A program made the translations under genes and the position numbers. Below the pieces are notes generated by a model. The model made no database searches. It was given only the letters and a program-made list of their open reading frames with translations, and was not told the origin of the DNA. 34,538 bases of DNA. Origin: Candidatus Peregrinibacteria bacterium Greene1014_49 (lineage in GTDB: Bacteria > Patescibacteriota > Gracilibacteria > Peribacterales > Peribacteraceae). This document shows positions 27,716 through 34,538 of this stretch, in pieces (the first letter of the stretch is position 1; each line of letters starts with the position of its first letter). The DNA lies in assembly GCA_007376635.1 (NCBI GenBank), contig VMGQ01000002.1:1-34538 (forward strand). Reading direction: 5' to 3'.

Positions 27716-27955
27716 ATGGAAATCTTCCTCGGTCTCATTGGAATAGTCGCCAGCATCGCCATCATCAAATACCGCGAAGCAGTCGGCGATCTCTTCGGCG
27801 GTGCCGAATGGACCAAGTATGTCGGTGGTCCTTATAACATGGCCATCATCGTCGGCATCATCCTGTTTTTCTTTTCCCTTGCGAAGATGACGGGAACGAC
27901 GGATTTCTTCCTGTATCCACTCAAGTTTCTGATTCCGGGTGCAATGAGAGGATAA
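27716..27955 (+). CDS. Small membrane protein, 2 predicted TM segments
   Basis: 79 aa, two hydrophobic stretches around GAEWTKYVGG. Confidence 0.75.
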   Translation: MEIFLGLIGIVASIAIIKYREAVGDLFGGAEWTKYVGGPYNMAIIVGIILFFFSLAKMTGTTDFFLYPLKFLIPGAMRG

Positions 27956-28012
27956 GGCGATGAGGGAATTTTTCCTCGATTGCCGATCATTTATTCATTA
28001 TGATCTGATCGT

Positions 28013-28089
28013 GGGGCTGTAGCTCAGTTGGTCAGAGCACCTGCTTTGCAAGCAGGGGGTCAAGGGTTCGACTCCCTTCAGCTCCACCA
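28013..28089 (+). tRNA. tRNA-Ala (anticodon TGC)
   Basis: GGGGCTG acceptor stem with G3:U70, D arm AGCTCAGTTGGT, CCTGC-TTTGCAA-GCAGG anticodon arm, GGTTCGA T loop, encoded CCA. Confidence 0.98.
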
Positions 28090-28124
28090 TGACAACTTTG
28101 CACACTTTGATCTAGTTTGCTCAC

Positions 28125-28147
28125 AAAGCGCCACTTGGCGCTTTTTT
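28125..28147 (+). terminator. Intrinsic terminator after tRNA
   Basis: AAAGCGCCA-ct-TGGCGCTTT followed by a T run. Confidence 0.75.
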
Positions 28148-28191
28148 GTTGCACTTAGTGCGAGTCTGCACACCCAGCAGTTCAAGTCCCT

Positions 28192-28530
28192 TCAGGTCAT
28201 ATGGATGCCTTTATCCTTTAATGAATCGAGAACACATAACTTCACATAATTTGCCAAAACTTCTTTGCGACTGAGTTTTCGGATTTCTCTTTTTGTTGCA
28301 TCTAAACGGTAATCAAGAACAAGTCTCAATTTTTCAGTTTGAGGATCGAAATTAAATGAGCCGTTTTCTAAAAATAATCCATTTGATACATGCAAAGACC
28401 AGGCATAAATGTCAGCTTCTATCTCTTTAGCATCAATTTCGAATGAAGCTTCATCATGTTCATTAATCATTCTCTTTGCTATTTCTCAACCTTTTTCCTC
28501 GGAGAAAGCAGTCAAATCTAATTCGGTCAT
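28192..28530 (-). pseudogene. AT-rich hypothetical gene with an in-frame TGA
   Basis: ATG 28530 reads MTELDLTAFSEEKG*EIAKR into the 28470 ORF; TGA at 28486-28488. Confidence 0.5.
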
Positions 28531-28646
28531 GAATACATAATACTCTCCACCCCGCTCAAGGTGGGAGAGTTTTTGCTTCATCTTTACAACAAAGTCGAGC
28601 CCACATCGTTGCCTTCCTTGAGCAATCGATCAACTGCCTGCCCACT

Positions 28647-28793
28647 ATGGCCAACTTTGATCCAGATTTGGACGATGTGGAGATGAGCAACGTCATTGGC
28701 CTACTTATGATCATGAAAGAGATACGAGAGCAAAAACCACTCGATGATCCTGATGCCTTAGGGATCGACGAGAAGGGAAAACCGTACTTCTAA
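28647..28793 (+). CDS. 48-aa acidic microprotein, copy A (not in the ORF track)
   Basis: MANFDPDLDDVEMSNVIGLLMIMKEIREQKPLDDPDALGIDEKGKPYF; 37/48 identical to copy B. Confidence 0.75.
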   Translation: MANFDPDLDDVEMSNVIGLLMIMKEIREQKPLDDPDALGIDEKGKPYF

Positions 28794-28799
28794 CATGGA

Positions 28800-29966
28800 T
28801 TACGCATCACTGCGGGTAAAAATATTTAGATATTTGGTATACATATACGATTGGCCGTATTTTTTGTCCTTATGTTTTGGAGCAAGAATGCCAATGGCAA
28901 TGAAACGATCAATAACTGTTTGTGCACCTGCGCGCGTGAAGCCCGTCCATACCTGAATCAACGCAGTGTTGACGATAGGTTGACCGTATAGCCTTGGTAA
29001 CACCTTCATGGCGCTTTCGGATGCACGCTTGCCCAGTGTCTGCACCTTGGCCATGTCCTGTTCGCGCAGACTGGTAATATCCGCGACGATCTCGATGGCC
29101 TCCTTTGCGATCTCGATCACGCCATCCAAAAAGAAATCTACCCATGGTGTAACGAAGCCGTTGTGATAATCAGAAAGCTTCTCGTAGTAAAGTTTCTGAT
29201 GCTTCTTGAAGAAGGAAGAAAGAAACAGAACAGGCTTTTCCAAATACCCCTCCTTCCACAGATAGAAGGTGATGAGCATGCGTCCCGTTCTTCCGTTACC
29301 GTCCAAAAACGGATGGATTGTTTCAAATTGTGAGTGAAGAATGCCGGCTTTAATGACCGTAGGCATTGAATCGTCTGCATGCATGAATTTCTCCAGATCA
29401 TTCAGTGCTGCTTGCATTTCAGGAACCGGAGGCGGTACGAAAAACGCACTATCCGGTCGTACGCCACCGATCCAGTTTTGGCTTTTGCGAAACTCTCCGG
29501 GGTCTGCAAAGTGCGTTGCTCGCGCACTATCCATCAGCCTTTTGTGTAATTCACGCACAAAGCGAAGCGACATCGGGAAATTCTCTTCCCGTACGCGCTT
29601 CATTCCGTAATTCAACGCCTGAATGTAGTGCAAGATATCATCGACGTCGGCGGGGATATCGCCGCTTGTTCGTACCTCCGCTTCGATGGCATCGATCATC
29701 GTTGCCATTGTTCCCTCGATCTGGCTCGATGCCGTAGCGTCTTTGCGCAAGTACATAAGCAGGAAAAAATCCTGATCAGGCAATAGCTTTGTGATGCCGT
29801 CTAACTTGCCAAGCAGTCGCGTTGCTTCATCGTTCTTCTTCAGCAGTTTTGCATCGAATGCAAACCCATCCTTTGGAGGGAACTGGCTTGGAATAAAGGC
29901 CTTGAAGCCTTCTGGTTGTGCCCGCAGTGTGCCGAGCTTAATGGGTTCCATAGGCTTTGTTGGCAT
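28800..29966 (-). CDS. Fic family protein (N-terminal inhibitory motif, probable C-terminal wHTH)
   Basis: HPFLDGNGRTGR catalytic motif; SSQIEG matches (S/T)xxxE(G/N). Confidence 0.95.
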   Translation of the reverse strand: MPTKPMEPIKLGTLRAQPEGFKAFIPSQFPPKDGFAFDAKLLKKNDEATRLLGKLDGITKLLPDQDFFLLMYLRKDATASSQIEGTMATMIDAIEAEVRTSGDIPADVDDILHYIQALNYGMKRVREENFPMSLRFVRELHKRLMDSARATHFADPGEFRKSQNWIGGVRPDSAFFVPPPVPEMQAALNDLEKFMHADDSMPTVIKAGILHSQFETIHPFLDGNGRTGRMLITFYLWKEGYLEKPVLFLSSFFKKHQKLYYEKLSDYHNGFVTPWVDFFLDGVIEIAKEAIEIVADITSLREQDMAKVQTLGKRASESAMKVLPRLYGQPIVNTALIQVWTGFTRAGAQTVIDRFIAIGILAPKHKDKKYGQSYMYTKYLNIFTRSDA

Positions 29967-29977
29967 CTTCTAACGAA

Positions 29978-30027
29978 TGTATACAAAGTATAGTAGTTTG
30001 TATACAACGAGTCAAGAGATGTAAACA
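29978..30027 (-). promoter_or_regulatory. Fic promoter with three operator-like boxes
   Basis: Minus-strand TTGACT-N17-TATACT; TGTATACA, TGTATACA, TGTAAACA at 29978, 29999, 30020. Confidence 0.65.
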
Positions 30028-30034
30028 AACATTT

Positions 30035-30412
30035 CTACAATTCCAAATGCTCTATTACAAATTCATGCATCCTCATGATTGCATCTTTCATGTAGCGCAG
30101 CCGTTCCTGGGCTCTTTTCATCACCGCCGGATCGTCAGACCATTCTTCGACTCCCGCAGAGACAAGGTAACCATTGTGTTTTCCATCATACCTCGCAGTT
30201 TCCAGTAGCTGTGTTAATACAGGATCATTCGCAAAGTGGTGCTTATTCTTTTTGATAATTCTGAATGTCGTCGGATTTATATTCGCCTCCACTTCAACCA
30301 TCACTCGTGAGACATGATCGTCTAAGATTCTTGTATTCAAAACCAGTTTAGCTTCTGAGTATGGACCATCTTCGCCCCAGAGCATGTCCCGATCATTGTC
30401 GCTGATCTTCAT
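30035..30412 (-). CDS. Hypothetical protein, 125 aa
   Basis: Clean ORF within the island; no motif recognised. Confidence 0.7.
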   Translation of the reverse strand: MKISDNDRDMLWGEDGPYSEAKLVLNTRILDDHVSRVMVEVEANINPTTFRIIKKNKHHFANDPVLTQLLETARYDGKHNGYLVSAGVEEWSDDPAVMKRAQERLRYMKDAIMRMHEFVIEHLEL

Positions 30413-30520
30413 ACCTTGTAGTATTGCATTTTTAGGGCAAGCTTCACAGCTTGCTGTATTTCCACTTAGGAGCGTCTTCGCTTGAATATCTCTCCCAACA
30501 AATTCTATGGTCTGCTCACT

Positions 30521-30667
30521 ATGGCCGACTTTGATTCAGATTTGGATAATGTGCAGATGAGTAACGTGATTGGCCTACTCATGACCATCAAACAGATACG
30601 AGACCAAAAACCACTCGATGATCCGAATGCTTTGGGCATCGACGACAAAGGAAAGCCCTACTACTAA
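30521..30667 (+). CDS. 48-aa acidic microprotein, copy B
   Basis: MADFDSDLDNVQMSNVIGLLMTIKQIRDQKPLDDPNALGIDDKGKPYY. Confidence 0.75.
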   Translation: MADFDSDLDNVQMSNVIGLLMTIKQIRDQKPLDDPNALGIDDKGKPYY

Positions 30668-30897
30668 GCCATTTCTTTCCGAGCCAAAAGTTTGAAAAGT
30701 CCCGGCAGCTCCCTTGACGCACATGTCGTTTACATCACGAATCGCCATGGATTTTCGGGAGGATTTTTCAGAATGGAAATTATCGAAAACAGTGAATTTG
30801 TCAGTCCTCTCAGTTGTTCTGCTGTTATAATGAGATCGGCATTTTGGGGTTCAAAAAGTTTGAACCTCGTACCTGATGCTCCACCATTCTTAACTGT

Positions 30898-31245
30898 ATG
30901 CGTTCACGCTCTGCCTTCACTCTCATTGAGCTTCTCCTTGTGATCGGCATCATCAGCGTGCTTCTCGTCCTAACGCTCCAGGCAGTAAACCCCACGAGAC
31001 AACTGGGCGCCACGCGGAATGCACAACGCAGTAGCGACATTCAGGCGATTCTCAATGCCGTGCACCAGTACGGCGTAGATCATCGCGGGAATCTTCCTTC
31101 AAGCATTCCAACAAGCACTCCTCTCTCTATTTGCCAAACAAATGCTGCAAGCTGCATAAACGGCGTGAATCTGAATGTACTTTCGGGTGCCTATGTCGTT
31201 GCCATTCCGCTCGATCTCGAGATAGCCTCACATTCCGACTGCTGA
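30898..31245 (+). CDS. Type IV pilin-like protein, possibly C-terminally truncated
   Basis: SAFTLIELLLVIGII prepilin motif (Ala at -1), RNAQRSSDI..ILNAV.QY. Confidence 0.85.
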   Translation: MRSRSAFTLIELLLVIGIISVLLVLTLQAVNPTRQLGATRNAQRSSDIQAILNAVHQYGVDHRGNLPSSIPTSTPLSICQTNAASCINGVNLNVLSGAYVVAIPLDLEIASHSDC

Positions 31246-31264
31246 TCCTTCCTCGGGATGTTTG

Positions 31265-32422
31265 TCATGTCACCACCTCCTCCAGCCTCCCCTCTCCTAC
31301 CGCCGCCTTGAGTTCCATGCCAATACGTTCTCCAACAGACATCGCTTCGCCATAGAGATACCGCGTATACGGCGTCGCAAATGTTCCGGGGGAACCCGGC
31401 ATGCGGAAGCTCACATCAAAAATAACAATGTCCTCTTTGCCATCTTCCGTCACCACCGCTCCCTGGAGGGCAAACGGCCCGATAATGCCTTTTCCCGTCG
31501 GATCGAGCTTCTTCGGAAGCTTTTTGCATTGTGTAACGAACTTTTCCCCGAGCTCAAAGGCTTTTTCCAGCAGGGATTCTTTGACAGTGCAGGCGATGTG
31601 TCCCGTTTCCACCATCTTCACGGAGGTGAACTGTTTCGCCCATGTTTGATCTTCAGCCGTCATCCGGAGAAATCCGTCGAGATTGGTCTGCCGGCGGGTA
31701 TCTGTTCCGAGAAGTTCCAGTTCTCCCGTCAGCGGCGAATAAAAGAAGTTGAAATTCACGGGAGCGCCAACGACAAACTCCTCGATCGTCGCGTCATCCA
31801 TAGCATCGGGGCTGATCATTCCTGATTTGATGTGCGCGTTCACGCGATCGTCGAAGTCCGCGGCAGTGGCGAGAAAGAAGCCTCGCTCGTATTTGCGCTG
31901 CGCTTCACGCGCTTTCACGATCACCATACGACCGAGGTCGATCTCCTTCGCGGTCGTATACATCTTCGGCGTCCGGATGCCGGCATCGCGCAGCAGATGA
32001 TTTTGGTTATACGGTTGATCGCGCTCCTCAAGTTTCAGCAAATGCCGCGAGCCGAAGATCGGAATGGCAAACTCCTCTTCCACCTTTGTGTAATCCGGGA
32101 AGTACACGCAGAAGTATCTACTATGAACAAAAATTGTGTTCATATTTTGAAGCTTATCGACAATCTTTTTCTGCAAGACGTCTTCAAATTTATCCACGAT
32201 AATCGTCTCGTCGATACAGCCCACCTCCCCACTCCCCACTCCCGATTCCCGACACTTGTAGTACTTCTCATACGTCTTCTCCCTCCCCTTCCGTGCGACA
32301 CATACCGTTCCAAATCCATACTTCTTCGCGCCGTGCGCGACATCGAGAGCACTGTGGCCGCCGAGCATGCCGACGGTCAGATGCTTCTGATCGTAACCGG
32401 AGAGGATGGAAGAGAGATCCAT
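31265..32422 (-). CDS. PurP-like ATP-grasp ligase (DUF1246/DUF1297)
   Basis: GGHSALDVAHGAK..GF, FNFFYSPL, DTRRQTNLDG, GHIACTVKESLL, IGPFALQG, DVS.R.PGSP. Confidence 0.9.
   Translation of the reverse strand: MDLSSILSGYDQKHLTVGMLGGHSALDVAHGAKKYGFGTVCVARKGREKTYEKYYKCRESGVGSGEVGCIDETIIVDKFEDVLQKKIVDKLQNMNTIFVHSRYFCVYFPDYTKVEEEFAIPIFGSRHLLKLEERDQPYNQNHLLRDAGIRTPKMYTTAKEIDLGRMVIVKAREAQRKYERGFFLATAADFDDRVNAHIKSGMISPDAMDDATIEEFVVGAPVNFNFFYSPLTGELELLGTDTRRQTNLDGFLRMTAEDQTWAKQFTSVKMVETGHIACTVKESLLEKAFELGEKFVTQCKKLPKKLDPTGKGIIGPFALQGAVVTEDGKEDIVIFDVSFRMPGSPGTFATPYTRYLYGEAMSVGERIGMELKAAVGEGRLEEVVT
32220..32254. repeat. 5 x 7-mer tandem array inside the purP-like gene
   Basis: cccacct ccccact ccccact cccgatt cccgaca, read as CRESGVGSGEVG on the minus strand. 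Confidence 0.8.
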
Positions 32423-32485
32423 AGCAGGAGCTTACCGCTTTTCCAGACTGAATGCAGCAAATGATCATAGCGATGCTATAGCCAG

Positions 32486-33757
32486 CTATATGGCAAGAGC
32501 CGCCCCCATACGGAATTCGAGCAGCTCTTCAGGCACCACTCCGTCTATAAACTCCAGAGTGCGACCATCGTCTAGGATGACAGAGTCCGCGGCTCCCGCA
32601 GCAATGATATGAATGCCAGTGATCTCGCGTATGGCTTTCGCCGCGCTATACGCCTGCTGGCTGACCATGGAATGGTCACGGTAATTCACCACAGATAATA
32701 CTGCTGCACGCACTTTTTCGGCGTGATACTTGAGAAGATAGAGCCAGAACTCGCGATCCTCCATACCATCGATCTGCTGCTTCGTTTTCGTTTTTGCAAA
32801 CCACTCGGCAATGCCAGGTTCCTGCAATCGAGTGAAATGATGCGGGTTTGCGTCGCAGAGTGGATGGATGCCTCCACGTGCTACCACATCTTTGACGCAG
32901 TGCGCTTGGAATGAATTGCGTCCAAGGGAAAGTTCCTTGTATGCAGTCATCAGCGCAGATGTATCGTTATCCAAATCTGCATCGGCTCCATGAACAGCGC
33001 CGGGGTTGAGAAGCATGTTATGAAAATGTTGCTGCAACTCTTCAGGAGCTCCTGGAAATGCCAACGATCCATCTGGAAGCATGCGTGCCGTGAGCACATG
33101 GGATTGGTTTTGGAGGGCACATTCAAAGCGAGCAGCCTCGGCACTCGGCACTTCAACGTCGAAGGACATCGGTACGATCATCACGCGCTCCGTATCTATT
33201 CCCGCCTGGCGCGCCATGCCTTCCGTCAGCGCGAGACCTCCATTGAGCGCAGCAGTAAAGGAATATCCCTGCACCGGTATGGGGAGAATGGGTACGCGCG
33301 GCAGACTGGTCCATTTGTCTCGATACGCAAGCTCGACCGCTCTCTCGGTCATGCGTCCGGGCTCTACCTTGCTCTCCCATCCGGGATTGATGGTAAGCAA
33401 CACACCAGCAAGCGATGGCAGAGATTTCTCCAATGCCTGAAGTCGCGTAAAAAGCACTTCCATTTCCTGCGGTGTTTTCCCGCCGCATCGGACATTCATG
33501 ATGGAAACTTTTCGATTACTTCCACGCCCTGCAACGCGAAGCATGTTCGTTTGTACCTCAATCAGACGTCGTTGCGCCCAATCGTTGATTTCTAAACGTG
33601 GCTTTCCGGATCCAGGCACATGAATGGCATTCAAAATCGCCTGCACGTCTTTCAGATTATCCGGATACTGAAGGTCGATCTCGCCAATACGACCAATATC
33701 CAGTGATCGATCTTGATAGGTATCGTGGTCGAAAGCTGAGGAATTGTCAGGCGACAT
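32486..33757 (-). CDS. Hypothetical protein, possible divergent GT-A fold
   Basis: 423-aa ORF with own TTGACA-N16-TATAGT promoter (33781-33808); SFTAALNGGL...MSFDVEV and GMED weakly recall GT2 motifs. Confidence 0.6.
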   Translation of the reverse strand: MSPDNSSAFDHDTYQDRSLDIGRIGEIDLQYPDNLKDVQAILNAIHVPGSGKPRLEINDWAQRRLIEVQTNMLRVAGRGSNRKVSIMNVRCGGKTPQEMEVLFTRLQALEKSLPSLAGVLLTINPGWESKVEPGRMTERAVELAYRDKWTSLPRVPILPIPVQGYSFTAALNGGLALTEGMARQAGIDTERVMIVPMSFDVEVPSAEAARFECALQNQSHVLTARMLPDGSLAFPGAPEELQQHFHNMLLNPGAVHGADADLDNDTSALMTAYKELSLGRNSFQAHCVKDVVARGGIHPLCDANPHHFTRLQEPGIAEWFAKTKTKQQIDGMEDREFWLYLLKYHAEKVRAAVLSVVNYRDHSMVSQQAYSAAKAIREITGIHIIAAGAADSVILDDGRTLEFIDGVVPEELLEFRMGAALAI

Positions 33758-33848
33758 GAAGAGAAGAATGAAGTTATAAAACTATATAATTAAATTGTAT
33801 TTTGTCAATGAATTCCGCGGAGCAAACCAATCAAGAAAATAGCTTATC

Positions 33849-34538
33849 TTAGCCCAAAACTTCACTCAATCTCCCCTCCTCAATCGCCGTCTTAATGTCC
33901 CGCGCTATCCTCCTTCCTGTACTCATGGGCTCTTTGTATCGCAGTGCCGTGTACGGCGATCCTTCAACGAAGGGATTGGTGCCAGCGACAATGCGAGCAG
34001 AGATCTCAAAAACGAAGATTTCCAACTTCCGCGTGACGATACACTCGAGACAGAACGGTCCAAACAATCCTTTGCCTCCGCACATTTTCTTGCTGGTTTC
34101 CACGACCCTCTCTCCCATCGCGAAGAACTCCGGAAGCAATGATTCGCGGATGACGACCGGAATGTTGCCGACGATGGTGTAGGACGTGAAAATATTGGCG
34201 GCAAGTTGATCCTCCGCACGAATGCGGCCGATAGAGTCGGCGTTGCTTTCGTAGCGCTTGTCGAAGCTCATGATCTCGAGTTCTTGCGTAAGCGGTGAGA
34301 AGAAGTAGTGTGCGTAGATAGGAACACCGACGATGTATTCCTGGAGCGCGAAATCGTTTTGTTCCGGATACTTGCGGTTCTTCACTTCGTAAAACTGCTC
34401 CGCACTCTTGGCGATGAAGTACCCGAATCCTCCGCCGGCACCGTGGAATTTTACGATCACGGCCTTCTCGATCTCCTCGGGTGTTGCAAAAACCCTGGGC
34501 ATTTTGATATCGGCCGCCTCGAGCCATTGGCGCTCCAT
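33849..34538 (-). CDS. purP: Formate--AICAR ligase PurP, C-terminal part; 5' end probably outside the window
   Basis: VIVKFHGAGGG.GYF, QEYIVGV, DKRYESNAD, GNIPVVIRESLL, GPFCLE, FEISARIVAGTN. Confidence 0.9.
   Translation of the reverse strand: MERQWLEAADIKMPRVFATPEEIEKAVIVKFHGAGGGFGYFIAKSAEQFYEVKNRKYPEQNDFALQEYIVGVPIYAHYFFSPLTQELEIMSFDKRYESNADSIGRIRAEDQLAANIFTSYTIVGNIPVVIRESLLPEFFAMGERVVETSKKMCGGKGLFGPFCLECIVTRKLEIFVFEISARIVAGTNPFVEGSPYTALRYKEPMSTGRRIARDIKTAIEEGRLSEVLG

Noticed and set aside
30146-30155. TTCGACTCCC matching the tRNA T arm as an att site
   Set aside because: Only 10 nt and inside an intact coding region; probably chance
28090-31245. Prophage, integron or intact integrative element
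   Set aside because: No integrase, phage structural genes or attC-like sites recognised
1-34538. Genome-wide alternative genetic code (TGA=Gly)
   Set aside because: Conserved genes are full length under code 11 and several end at TGA in the expected position

Overview
Bacterial chromosomal window using the standard code 11 (TGA terminates glyA, ruvA, rsmI and trxA). The gene mix (CPR-type VirD4/HerA-like ATPase, short HrcA, type IV pilin-like ORF, archaeal-type PurP pair) suggests Patescibacteria/CPR, most likely Peregrinibacteria/Peribacteria; this is inference, not a database result. Core genes: dcd, dnaX, 5-formyl-THF cyclo-ligase, glyA, dgkA-like, hrcA with CIRCE, rpmE, gyrA, rsmI, ruvA, pgi, trxA, tRNA-Ala(TGC) and two purP-like genes. 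Accessory content: DinJ/YafQ and MazEF toxin-antitoxin pairs, an orphan Phd-like antitoxin, a Fic gene, two divergent YdcF/DUF218-like genes and a GT4 glycosyltransferase resembling GLT1D1. The most notable unexplained structures are: (1) a ~430-nt hairpin-dense non-coding segment ending in an intrinsic terminator (about 10003-10424), lying among genes for secreted Cys-rich and Tyr/Asn/Gly-rich proteins; (2) a small island after tRNA-Ala in which two copies of an unannotated 48-aa ORF bracket the Fic cargo; (3) four copies of a 110-150-bp inverted-repeat element, plus many 7-9-mer tandem arrays, two of them inside enzyme genes; (4) a recurrent -10 box 4-11 nt before ATG, suggesting leaderless translation. 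All protein calls come from motif recognition by eye; no searches were run.
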